DNA of 64,000 nucleotides from Amphiscolops sp. MND2022 (Eukaryota): NCBI GenBank assembly GCA_964187785.1, contig OZ076409.1, positions 86,678,001 to 86,742,000 of the forward strand, read 5' to 3'. Shown piece by piece: positions 47,401 to 59,372 of this stretch (position 1 is its first letter; each line of letters starts with the position of its first letter). The notes under the pieces were generated by a model. It saw only the letters and a program-made list of their open reading frames with translations, ran no database searches and was not told where the DNA came from. The position numbers and the translations under genes were made by a program.

Positions 47401-49589
47401 TCCTGAATGCATTTGAACGTAGCTCTCAGGTTCGTCATGAGGTGATCAACATCAGTGGCTGCGATGCCGATATCGTCTAAATACTGGGCACACTGATCCG
47501 CTTTAATGACTTTGTCAAGGTATTCTCTCATGAAACTCGAGAATGCGGATAGTGACCGACTAAGGCCTTGTGCCAAACGTCTGTAAGCGAATGTGTGACT
47601 GGCAACATTGAAAGCCAACATTTCGATTGAACGTTGGTCAGCCATTGGTAGGCAGTGGTATGCCTGCGAACAGTCTAATTTACAGAACAGTTTTTTGCCT
47701 GCCAAGTGTTGGGCGGCATCAACTAGTGTACTGACGGGATGATTGTTGTTGATATAATCATCCGAGATTAGGTTGTTGATTTTTCTCAAATCAACCAAGA
47801 GTCGGAGTTTTCCGTTCGGTTTCTTTTGTGCGAATATTGGACTCGCATATTTCGAGAACGGTAGGGTGGTGATGATGCCATATTTGTGTAACATGGCTAA
47901 TTCGACTAGGATGTCCTCCTTCAGATTGATAGGAGCTGGAAGGCTTTGGCTATAGGCTGGGGAATCGTCTTTAGGTGTCAGTTTCACCTTGAAGTCCTCG
48001 TTCATGCCTATATCAAATCGGTGTCGTGCAAAGATGTCATGGAATTCCACTAACAATTCTTCTATTTTCTCCTTCTCTTCAGGAGTAAGGGTGGAATCTT
48101 TCCAATCGAAGTTTTCTAAGAATTTTGCACGTGATTCTTCATCTTTGGTGGGGTCAAGTGTCTCTAGGTCTTGTAAGGCCTGTAATTCTCGAAGGATTCG
48201 TTTTTGTATAGGTGTGTGTTCCTCCGGATATCCAGGATTTTCTGGAGTTGGGAACCAATAATTTTCAAAATTTTGCGGATTTCTATTGGTCTTGATGAGA
48301 CTGCTGACATAGTGGGCTGCCTGCTCATGGTCATTCTGTAGAAGGTGCCAGGTTGATGCCGGATCTACCGGTTTGACATACTTCATCTGTTCTGGTGTCA
48401 TGACAGAGAAATTGGCAATATGAAGTCCCTTTTTGAGTTTATAAGGGTCTGTGAAATTGTTCACTGGTATTAATATATTGCCGTCATTCAGAGTGACCAA
48501 AGCTGGGCAAAATGTGATGTCGCCTTCTTCGTGTAGAAGGTCGCTCGGTTGCAAAATTCCAGTGACAGCATTCTCAGGGTAGAGTAGGGAATTGGTCCTG
48601 ATTAGGACTTTATCATTTGGTGGAATGGTTATCTCAATAGGGTTGAGAATTGGTTCCAATACATTTGAATATTTATGGTCAGCGGTTTTGAGCTGCATCG
48701 AAAAGAACGGGAAATTCAGTATCCCTTGTCTCATGTCCAGCACTGTATGGTTTCTTTGAAGGAACATTAGTCCAATGATCGGACCTGTCAGATGTTCCAT
48801 CACTATGAAGATTTCATGGAACTCAATGTCACCAACTTCGAATTTGAGCTCGATGGTACTCTTAGGAGTTTCCAGTTGCCCATTAGCGACCATGATTTGG
48901 AAATTCGGAGGCGGACCTTCCCGGATAACGGATTGTGGAGATAAAAGTCGAATTTTCCGGAGGTCCATTTCAGGAATTGCACTGGACAGCGCTCCAGTGT
49001 CAATAAGTCCAACTATGGTCAATTCCCCAAAGTCCATTGGGAAATACAACATGCGTTTTTTGCATTTGAGGTTGATGTTGGTTGACAGGGGTATACAGTC
49101 TGGTTCACCGTCTCTGGTGATTGAGACATTTTGGAACTGTTTTTCGTCTAGCAATGATTGTGGTATGGGTTCAACATTGCTGTCATGGGTCTCAGTCCCC
49201 AATGGGTTTGGGAACACTGGATGGTTTGTGCCATCTTTCATTTGCCAGTTTTCAATTAGTGCTCTTGTTTTCTTGTTATGGGTAATTGGAGGGTTCTCGT
49301 GGGCTGTTCTATTATAATGTTCAATGTCGTCCAGAACATATTGGAATTGCAGTAAATCTTGGTTGTAAAGCTCGGTGTCCCAGTAGGGATCTCTGCCGTA
49401 GTCTGGATCGATGTATGTCGGATTGTAATCATCGATTAGGGGAATGGGCCTGAAGCGGGTGGTGAAGGTAGTGGTGTAATCAGGGTCCCAAACAGGAATT
49501 GGTTTCTGGAATAAATGGGTGTTATTGTAGGTGATTATGGTAGCTTTTTCCATCTGTTGCTGCCAGACAACAGAGGGATAGCCCATCAA
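44484..49589 (-). pseudogene. Gypsy pol (protease, RT, RNase H, integrase) with three in-frame nonsense codons
   Basis: LIDTGA, YLDD, TDAS, HxxxH…CxxC, D-D-E integrase; stops at ~47274, ~46740 and ~46662 all in one frame. Confidence 0.92.
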
Positions 49590-50762
49590 TTGCTGATTGT
49601 ATTGGTGGAAAGTTTGCGTTGGAGGGTCCGATCTGATGTATTGTCGGACAGATATTAGTTCGTTATATTGGAGTCGTGGCGAAGTTAGTTTTTTGACTCA
49701 TCATTAGNNNNNNNNNNNNNNNNNNNNNNNNNNNNNNNNNNNNNNNNNNNNNNNNNNNNNNNNNNNNNNNNNNNNNNNNNNNNNNNNNNNNNNNNNNNNN
49801 NNNNNNNNNNNNNNNNNNNNNNNNNNNNNNNNNNNNNNNNNNNNNNNNNNNNNNNNNNNNNNNNNNNNNNNNNNNNNNNNNNNNNNNNNNNNNNNNNNNN
49901 NNNNNNNTTCCGGGTACGAATTCCTGTCCAGTTGCCGACGTTGTCACACTCGTACCGTCACAGGCGGCAGCCTGCGACATTAACTATAATCAATTTTTCT
50001 ATTAAAAACTTGATGCTTCTTTGCCTTAGTCTCCGACCTGAAATCCAATTTGAAAGAAATTCAAGTTTAATGTCATTGGATCCAATCTCATTCTCTATTG
50101 AGACAGTCGAACTTTCAATTGAGATGAAGATTCATTGCTGCTTTATCCATTTTCGGATGTAGATTTTCTATTATGTAGATTTCGATTGCCGTTGCATAAA
50201 ACAGTAATTTTTGCTGCAAATTGTGACATCATCTTGTCAAAAGATATCCGTTTCCACAACAATTCTCTGTGAACACTTTTGAACCTTATTTTTCAACAAC
50301 TGATTCGTGACTACTTTTTGCCAATCATTTCAACCGCAGTGGATCTATTGAAGAATATTACGAGGGCCATCATTGGTTTTCTATGTCTACGTTGTTTCGC
50401 TGTCACGAAAATGTCATTTCAAAATCATGATACTGAACGGCGCAAATCGAGCTGCAATTCTTTTCAAAGATTACCCTACTCGGGTTGCCGCCCCAGCAAT
50501 TTCATGGTCTTGGGCCATGTCTGGTCCACAGACGGCAACAGGAAAAACTCGTGACGAGATCTTGGACCGGAATCTCAATTCCCAGATCTGGCCCCGGGCT
50601 AAGAAATGTCTGAAAACTGTATTTTTCAGTGACTACTTAATAACTCTGTTTCGCTCAAAACACCTGGTAACCACAAACAATGTCCCATATCACACAAAGA
50701 ACGTAATTGTAGCACTATGTAAAACGTCTTTCAAATCAAGGCTTGAATATTTCTGGAGGTCG

Positions 50763-50836
50763 ATTTTTGTTAGTCATTGCCCATACACCATCTGAGAATC
50801 ATTCTCAGATGGTGTATGGGAATGACTAACAAAAAT
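50763..50836. repeat. 74 nt near-perfect palindrome
   Basis: ATTTTTGTTAGTCATT-G-CCCATACACCATCTGAGAAT-C-ATTCTCAGATGGTGTATGGG-AATGACTAACAAAAAT. Confidence 0.9.
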
Positions 50837-50855
50837 TTTTACATATATGCATTTA

Positions 50856-50986
50856 TATATGCGCACAGGTATGGCTCACACCAAGAAGCGTCTATGTTCT
50901 ATGGCTTCTAAGATACGAATGATTCGTATCTGAGAAGCCATAAAACATAGCAGCTTCTTAGTCTGAGCCATACCTGTGCGCATATA
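50856..50986. repeat. 131 nt imperfect palindrome
   Basis: TATATGCGCACAGGTATGGCTCA…AGATACGAAT-G-ATTCGTATCT…TGAGCCATACCTGTGCGCATATA. Confidence 0.9.
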
Positions 50987-51029
50987 AAATTTCTCGAATA
51001 TCTCTGTGTTCCAGCTCTGGCAGACAATT

Positions 51030-52220
51030 CCCAGTGACACGAATCTTGGCACGCTTGCCAAGATGCATGGGTATGCTTGCCAAGATCTTGGCAAGATCTT
51101 GCCAAGATCTTACCAAGGCTACCATGATCATGCAAGATCATGGCAAGGCTGACCATGCGTCTTACCAAGCGTACCAAGATTTTCCATGTATCTTACCAAG
51201 CTTTTCCATGTGTCTTGCCAAGCATACCAAGATTTTTCTATCCATCTTGCCAATCCAACCAGGATTTTTTCATGCATTTTGCAAAGCATTCCAAGATTTT
51301 CGTTGTAACTTGCAAAGCTTAATACGTTCTACGTGTGTTTTTGAGCCATTTGAGATTTTATATTGAATATTTTCGAAAACTGGAATAACCAAAATTTAAT
51401 TGTTTCGATTTTCAAATATTATAACAGTAAGTATTGTAGTTGCAGCACCAAAGAAAATTGGAAAATCATGCGAAAGTTTGACAAATGGAGTTTGTTTCTT
51501 CCACGGACAGCAACACAATTTGCAAAACTTCGAAAGCTGGAGATATATTATCCATTAAACAAAGAATGAGTTCTGATGGCAGTCTTCGAGATCTGAGCAG
51601 TTCAAGCACTACAGGGGACGATGCTGAAGTTGTCGCATGTACCTGGAAACATTTCAAAACATGAATTGTGAAGAACTACATAAAAAAATGCGATACTCGA
51701 AAACAGTAGTGTTGATCTGGAAAAAGCTTGAATGTTCCAATAACTTTGCGATAATTATAGCTTCCCCTCTCTGATTTGTTTCTAGGAACGTTCTAGGTAC
51801 ATCCTTAATTCATATTGACTTTGGTTCAAGGTGTAACGATACCTAGAGTAGATCGTAAACTGCGTTTTTTGACTTAGAATTAGTTCTTCTAGCCTTGTTA
51901 AGATGTTGCCATCATATTTGATATGCGCAACATAATTCTTCTAAATGTAATGACAATTAGATTGGGTTAAACAAGTTTTTTTCAGTTTTTCTGAAGAAGA
52001 GATCTTCATATCATTTGCTTGCCAAGATCTTGATAAGATCTTGCCATGATCTTGGCAAGCATTTCCACATGGAACGCTTGTCAAGATCTTGCCAAGATCT
52101 TGCCAAGATCTTACCAAGCGTAGCATGCATCATGTTTTTCCATGCATATTGGTAAGCCTACCATGCGTTTCCATGTTTTTCCAAGATCTTGGCAAGGCTA
52201 CCAAGATTCGTGTCACTGGG
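51030..52220. mobile_element. Non-autonomous TIR DNA transposon, probably CMC/EnSpm-like
   Basis: 20 bp TIR CCCAGTGACACGAATCTTGG / CCAAGATTCGTGTCACTGGG, TT on both flanks, subterminal CAAGATCTTG arrays. Confidence 0.75.
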
Positions 52221-53049
52221 TTCCTATCGACTTCTGATCAGTCAACCCGGGTAATTGAAGCTTCTTGAATTTTAACATGTTCCAAAAGGTTCCCAAGAAC
52301 ATTTGTCAAGACTTCAGGAGTTTTCCAGCTCAATTTATTGCTCAGACTTCTTTGAAAAATTACTCCAATAAAAACTGGTTAACAATTTCATTGCAGCGAA
52401 AAAAATGAAAATAGCATCAAATTAGATTAAATATTTCCACACTGCAGGTTTGAGCGAATGAAAAACATGTGGATTTTGATCTCAAGAAAAATGATCAAAA
52501 TGCTGTGGTGCAGATATTCCATTGAAATAGAACATTGACAAATATCTTTGTGTCCATCATGCAACTTTGAATATAAATATCCTTGAATTTTGTATGATTT
52601 TATCATAATATTGTTAGTACTGAACAGTTCAATTCGATTCATTTTGAATTAAATTTATTGTTGAAAACCTCACCTTCATTAGGAATACGACTTCGGCAAG
52701 AAAACAAACGAAGTAGATGACTATAAACAGACTGGTTTATTCGGTGTCTTGATTTTTCGTTTCTGTGGTTTTAAGGTCGAAATTTTAGTTTTCTTCCAGT
52801 GATTACCCGTCAAACGATATTGGTCTTTGCTTGAGGTCAAATTTCCAGTTTTCCCTTTGATTCAGTTCTTCGAGGAAGTCTGGTAGCAGTAGTTAGCGAA
52901 ATGCCGATTCGGTTCAAGCAACAAAAAATTTCAAAAGCTCAAACAGCTCCCTTTAGAGGCGTTTTTCAAAAACAAATCAACAAATTGGCGTTTTTACCAA
53001 TGCAATATAAAACCAATGTAATATAAACAACTGGGGTGGACATAAATTT

Positions 53050-53134
53050 GGTTCCAATGGCTCAGTGGTTAGGCCACTGGAATTTTACGTTCGCGCAGCT
53101 TCACACGTGTTCGAGTCCGCGACAAAGCATTTTT
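53050..53134 (+). ncRNA. tRNA-like Pol III unit (not a canonical tRNA)
   Basis: A box TGGCTCAGTGG (53058-53068), B box GTTCGAGTCC (53109-53118), T5 terminator (53130-53134). Confidence 0.45.
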
Positions 53135-53839
53135 AATTTCACCATTAGTAGAGGGGGGTATATAAGGAAGTTAGTATATTATTTTTACTGACAAGTTACT
53201 CATTGCTTAAAAGGATTTGTCATCCTTTCCTCCGCTTTCGAGCAGTATTGGCAATAGTAACGTGAGCTTTACCAGGACACACTTTCGGGAGGGGAAAAGA
53301 TTGTGTGTTACATAAACTGGAGCTCTTTAGTGAATTAACCAGTGGGAGGTAAAATCCTGTGTAGTTAATTTGCGAGCGGTGGACGTCTGTAGCACATGGA
53401 ATATAGTGTCGGTCGACGGAAGCCGCGTCAAACTTTTATACATAATCTTAATACATGGGCAGAGCTTCGCGATAAGATAATTTGCCTAATATCTCAACGG
53501 GAAATGATTTTTGAGAAAAACGTCAGACACAAAAGTTGTGGATATCCAAAAATTACACAATTTTTGTTTATGAGGGTTTTTATACAATCAACCCACTGAT
53601 TACCAGGTGTCAAAACAGGTGTGAAAAACAGGTTTTTTCCAAATTTCTCGAAACTGAGTCATCTCAGCGAAATGACGTAGGAGAACAAAGTTATAGACAA
53701 TCGTCGTACACACATTTTCTGTTCCGAACATTTTTTGATACCTTGAACCCTTTGATTGCCAGGTGAGAAAACAGGTGAAAAGTGGGTTTCCCCAATTTTC
53801 TCGAAATGAGTGATTTTAACAATGAAAAATAACCAATAA

Positions 53840-54315
53840 ATGAATTGTTTATCATTCAAAGAATTTGTTGAAAATTATGGATTAAAAAACGAAGCAACAA
53901 AAGAAATCCTAGACATACTCAAATTAAACTCAACCGGGATTTACATGAGAGATGCTAATTTTACAACAGTTCTGGAATTGTAATTTTACATCTAACTAAA
54001 GGAACACACTGGGTTATGTTTGTTACTGAGTTTTATTTTGATTCATATGTATGTCCACCTCCAACTAATATACTTAATCACATTAAAAAAGGTATCTATC
54101 CAGAATATCAAATTCAGAAAAATGATAGTTATTGTGCGGCGTATTGTTTGTATGTGTTGTATCTCACAAATATAATTGGTTTCAAAAATGCAGTACTAAA
54201 TTTGTACTATCAAACTTTCAAACTTAATAAATCAAGAAAATTAATACTTATTCTACCCAATATAAAATTATACAATCTCATGAAAATCTCCGAATCCACA
54301 GATCTTCGCGCGTAG
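53840..54315 (+). pseudogene. Adenain-like cysteine protease
   Basis: GTHWV…FDSY…QIQKNDSYCAAYC (H-D-Q-C arrangement); frameshifted 5' part. Confidence 0.75.
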
Positions 54316-54449
54316 CTTCGCGAATAAGAATTCAAACAAGAACCCGCAGAGCTTCGCGAACAAGAAAAAATTATCAAAAGATAGGCAAGAATTTATGAAT
54401 AACATTTCCGCTAGTGGATTTAAACAATTTCATAAAATTTAATTATAAT

Positions 54450-55460
54450 AAATAGATCTATCAACCTTCATAACATATGATAAAAAAGAATCTCTTCTTT
54501 TAAATATTGCAAAATCTAATCAAGAAATTGTTCAAAAAAAACTCATTCTAAACCACAAGAAACTCTAGAGTTTAAAATGACTAAACAAAAAGAATCTTTC
54601 TCATTCGATGTTCCATTGGAATTACCTGAAAAATGGATGATGGGAGTAACAAGTTTAGAGGTATACAACACTGTATATAACATTACTGAAAAGAATAACA
54701 AACTTGAAAGTCATCTAACAAAACAACAACTCGAAGAGCATAAAGTTGACACTGAATTAGTGCCAAATATGAAAAAATTTATATGAAACATCTGATGATA
54801 ATTTTATAGAAAAACCTAATACACTTATAACTAATAGTTATACTAAAAAAAACTTACCAGAAAAGACTTTAACCAACTCAAGGAATTAATTGAAGTTTTT
54901 AACTACCCTAATCAACAAATACACATTCCTGACTTTGAAATTGAATATGATTCCTTTGGAATACAACTAACACCAGGAGCATATGAGTTAGTTGATATCA
55001 ATGCTTCCGAAAACAAATAATTACTGATTCTGAATTTAAATTCAACATAATACCCGACACAATATTAATGAAATCAGTTGTAACAACCTCAAACCCTTTT
55101 CATTTTAACTCCGAACTTAACAAAGTCCTGGGTTTTACACAACGTGATTACCCATCCGGAACTCACACTTCAGAAAAACCAGTCATGATAACAACCACCG
55201 ACAAAGTTCACCTGAAGTGTGACTGCGTAGATGGTTCAATTGTTAATGGTATACGAGAACAAATTTTATTTTCATTTGATTTAAGCGCACCTCCCGGATA
55301 TAAAATCGTAAAAGAACCCACAACTGTTTTGTACAAGCTGATAAACAAAACACGACTGGACACCAACCAACTTTTCCTTGAAGACTGCAACCACAAAAGA
55401 GTTGATTTCAACGGGGAGACACTCACCTTCACAATTCAAATTATCAAGATTTATTACTAA
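54450..55460 (+). pseudogene. Minor capsid (penton-like) protein, frameshifted
   Basis: WMMGVTSLEV; VHLKCDCVDGSIVNG…PPGYKIVKEP…VDFNGETLTF C-terminus resembles Polinton minor capsid proteins. Confidence 0.65.
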
Positions 55461-55463
55461 TAA

Positions 55464-55865
55464 ATGATTTTTAATAAATATAAAAATATTTCATATTGTG
55501 TTGGTGGAAAACATTATTCCGCTACCACAAATATTCGTAGAGATATTACAGTCAATAAAAAAACTGGTATGTCAGTGAAACTATTAAGAGGCACTTGTTC
55601 AACTTGTAAAAGAAATAAGAGTCTCATTGTTTCTGACCAAACTTTACAAGCAGAAGGATTGGGTGACTTCTTTCGTTCGGTAGGAAAAGCCGCTAAGAAT
55701 GTTGGAAAGAAAATACTCAATAACCCAGGCCGCGCATTGGAAATAGCAGCAAAGATTGGAACTGCAGCAGCAAGTAAAAATCCAAAGCTCATTGCCGCAA
55801 CTGCTCCTGATATTATAAAATTTGTTCATCAAGGGATAGATTTATATTTGGGGAAAATTCAATAA
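55464..55865 (+). CDS. Small Zn-ribbon plus amphipathic-helix protein, probably virion-associated
   Basis: YCVGGKH…CSTC; GLGDFFRSVGKAAKNVGKKIL. Confidence 0.5.
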   Translation: MIFNKYKNISYCVGGKHYSATTNIRRDITVNKKTGMSVKLLRGTCSTCKRNKSLIVSDQTLQAEGLGDFFRSVGKAAKNVGKKILNNPGRALEIAAKIGTAAASKNPKLIAATAPDIIKFVHQGIDLYLGKIQ

Positions 55866-55878
55866 ATATATTTAATAA

Positions 55879-56925
55879 ATGTATTCAATTCATAATCGCG
55901 GTAACTTGGATAAATTAAAAAAATTACAAGAAACAAAATCTTTACTACACAAAGAAAGAATAAAAGAGAAACTAGGGAAACAAGATTTTCATTACGTTAT
56001 GGAAGAAGTTCGTGAACCTGTAACAGACAACCAGAAACAAAACATTTCTAAACAACAAGAACTTTCCGAAAAGCAAATACAAGCACTACGAGATCCGACT
56101 CGCGAAGCTTCGCAAACTACAACACAAGCAATACAAGACCAAACTAGAGCAATACGAGAATCGAATAACACAATGCAAAAATCAAATAAAGAAGGAATAT
56201 AAAAATATGCAAAGCAATATGATGAAATTACTAACTGTAATAATCAGTTACTTTCGAATCTTGTTAATTCCAACCAAGTTGATTCTAGTATTGTAAAGAC
56301 AGTTTCCAACCTTCTTAATGACAAAAACAAAAGTCAATTTAGTTTAGAACCAGTTATGGGTAATCCGCGCAGCTCCGCAAATTTATTCACGATTAACCCC
56401 TCCAATCCACAACAAGTATCAATTAAAAATACTACATTTACTTTCTTGGGTAGTGGTAACATATATGATCTAAATGACCCAGATCTTCAATATTTTATAA
56501 CTAATACACAATTTGACAAACAAATAAATAACCTGGGCACAATTTTTACTTTCTTAAATGATATGAATTATGACATAAATTATAGAGATAAAAAATTAAA
56601 GAGATATTTTTTAATTAAAGATTTGATTATTCAATATACATATCAACAATCCCAATCCCTCAACAATCAATTGGGAAGTGGATTAAATGGTTAAGCTTCG
56701 CGCGAAAGCTATCGCGAAAGCTATCGCGAAGCTACACAAATCATCTTCCTGCCTTTTGATCCAGACGAATTAGTGGATCAATTAAAACTTCTTTATTTTG
56801 AAAAAATAGGAGGAAATGACAACCTCCAACTCAATGAACAAATCATAGCAACTGTAGATAAACTATTAGAGTATGAATGCGTTACAACAAATCAACACGA
56901 AAATATGATCTCCTCATTCACTTGA
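55879..56925 (+). pseudogene. Polinton accessory coiled-coil protein, interrupted
   Basis: Two ORF pieces plus a C-terminal FLPFDPDELVDQLKLL…GGND segment resembling Polinton accessory proteins. Confidence 0.5.
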
Positions 56926-56929
56926 AGGA

Positions 56930-57510
56930 TCAGTTTGTGGATTAAAGATCTTGTAATTTGGATTCGATTCATTACAAATCCTGTACCTACTCCCATTTTT
57001 ATCTTTCAATCTATTTAATAATTAAATAATTGAATTTTTCGTTTCATGCCTCTCTGCACAAACGTTTGAATTCCTCATAAGACATATCAAAACCTGCTAT
57101 GTCCCTTTGAATGTGTTCTACACCTTTCAGTGTTTGTTGAAATAAAATTATCATATTCGAATTGTTTCTAACTGACTTTTTTGGTGCATCAAAATAACTC
57201 TGACATAAATAATAAACATCACAAGATTTGTGTCTTCCTCTAGTAAAAAATGGATCAATCAATTTCTGGTTGGAGTCTAACATACTACACAACACCCCCT
57301 ATACTCTTCCAAATCCCCCACATTTTCTTCCACACTTACACCACCAATATCAATGCGTAACTCTGCGTCCTCATTTTGTTCCGGACTCCTCGTAATGATA
57401 CGAATTTGTTTCTCTGGATCTTCCAACTGAATCAATCGTAATTTATTCAACAACAAATGAGTCTTACCACAAAATGATGGACCAACTATTAATGTTCTAT
57501 TACACTTATT
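56930..57510 (-). pseudogene. A32/FtsK-like packaging ATPase 1, frameshifted
   Basis: LIVGPSFCGKT Walker A (~57460-57490); RGRH…YLCQSYF…VRNNSN. Confidence 0.75.
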
Positions 57511-57546
57511 ATCATTATTATTATTATTATTATTATGTGTGGGAAC

Positions 57547-57867
57547 CTACGTGGGAACCTGCACAGAAAGCAAGTCACCCCCAGTATGTGTGGGAACCCG
57601 TGCGAAGCTATGCGAATAGCCCTGTGTGGGAACCTGTGCGAAGCGATGCGGATACAAGTGTTGTTTCTTGAAGTGGGATCTTAAATACCTCTTATCTAAT
57701 TCCTTATTACAAAATTCACACTTCACCTTTTTATTGAAACAATCTTTACAAGTACTGTACAATTTACCATTTTTGTATGAATAGAAGTCCAACTTCATCT
57801 CATTACAAACTTTACATCTTTTTTTTACTAGAGCAATCATCACACACAGTACTCTCACTACTTTCAT
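57547..57867 (-). CDS. Small zinc-finger protein with QVPT repeats
   Basis: CKVC…CKDC…CEFC…HFKKQH. Confidence 0.55.
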   Translation of the reverse strand: MKVVRVLCVMIALVKKRCKVCNEMKLDFYSYKNGKLYSTCKDCFNKKVKCEFCNKELDKRYLRSHFKKQHLYPHRFAQVPTQGYSHSFARVPTHTGGDLLSVQVPT

Positions 57868-57904
57868 TACAGATTAAACATCTTGTTATTGTACTCATTT
57901 ATTT

Positions 57905-58192
57905 AGTAAAAAATCACTAATAATCACTAAGCATTCACTAGGTAAACACTCAATATCACTTTGTAATCACTGAGCAATATTCACTAAATCACTATGTATT
58001 CACTAAATTTCTCTAAGAGCATTTATTTCTCTAAGAACAAAGAGTATAGTGAAATTTAGAGAAAATAAATGCTCTTAGTAATGCTTAGTGATTGTATAGT
58101 GTTTCTTAGTGAATAATCACTTATTACTCAACTTTCTCTAAGAATCACTAAATAATCACTAAATCATCACGAATTACTCAAGAAATCACTAA
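57905..58192. repeat. ATCACTAA/TTAGTGA iteron-like array with inverted repeat
   Basis: More than 10 (A/T)TCACT(A)A units in both orientations; TAAGAGCATTTATTT…AAATAAATGCTCTTA inverted pair. Confidence 0.7.
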
Positions 58193-59125
58193 ACATTATG
58201 CGAAGCCGTATTTAGCTTATTTTTAGTAAAACTTTTTGCATGATCATATATAATTTTCTTAAAGTCCTCTTTAACTGAATCACTAATTAGTGGTTGTTGC
58301 ATACGCTCAACGTAGTTGTCTATTTTGGATTCATTCACGTTTATTTTATTTTGTTTACGATAGAATACATAATAAAAAGCTATGTTGTGTGGTGTTATTT
58401 CAATTGTGTGGTCAGACATCTCCTCTAAAAACACCTTGAGGTTGTTATACTCATCACCAGTGAAAAAATAACTTTCATAAGCAACGTAATCCTCTGGACC
58501 CCACTTACTCGGTTTGCTCGATTCATAAATTATTTTGTAATTTTTGTTTAATACCTTGAACTTCTGACTCCTAGTGTCAAACTCAATAATACAAAATTCT
58601 AATTGGTCACGGTACTGTTTCCGATTTAATTGTGTAACTCCGTTTTTGATTGAATAAGTTTGCACAATCGACTCGAAAAAATTATCGGGGTTATTAATTG
58701 TTAGAAATATTTTACGGCAGATTTCTCTCACAACTGGGAGAACATCCTTTGCATAGTGAGCGAGATAAATTACCTGGATGTTATGATGTCTACCAAACCG
58801 GAACAAGTCTTCTATTTTTGTTTTGAGGTTCTTGTATGCACCTGCATCATCCAGTACAACAATCTTATTTGCAAGTTGTTCAATACCAATGTTTTTTAAC
58901 TGTAACAAGGGTCCAAACTTGGAAGCATGAAACTCACCACGTTCACCTCGTCCGAATACGAAGAAACTCCCTGCTTTCTGTGCTAAATAATGCTTTAAAA
59001 AAGATGTCTTCCCCGACCCACTACTACCATAAATTAAAAAGTGACAGTTGGTGTTTGCCAGCGAAGCTCCACCCCGGAAAGCTTCGTGTGTAGTTTCACG
59101 ACTAAGTTGAGAGTATTTAAACCAT
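58189..59125 (-). pseudogene. A32/FtsK-like ATPase 2, frameshifted
   Basis: FLIYGSSGSGKT (~59006-59040), IVVLDD Walker B, FGRHHNIQVIYLAH. Confidence 0.72.
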
Positions 59126-59372
59126 TTATATTTTAGTAGTTTTTGGTATATTTTTTATACCATTTAGGGCGAAATTAATTCCAATATATTAAAATAGTGA
59201 GAAATATAAATAAAATCATACATACAATAAACATTGCACGATACTGCACAAATCCCTTTGGATTCCATATCTTCTGATACCAATATCTAGTATCATTCGC
59301 GGTATTATTCATGGTATCATCATTATTCAAACATTAAACCTCATTCATTTATTTAGAAAAAAATTGTTATAA

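Larger units (their letters stand above)
36454..49979 (-). mobile_element. Ty3/Gypsy LTR retrotransposon (most of the 5' LTR and gag hidden in the N gap)
   Basis: TGTC…GACA termini; 5 bp TSD TTAAC (36449-36453, 49980-49984); 49908-49979 repeats 38219-38290; PR-RT-RH-IN order. Confidence 0.9.

Noticed and set aside
49663..49980. ORF spanning the N run
   Set aside because: Artefact of the assembly gap.
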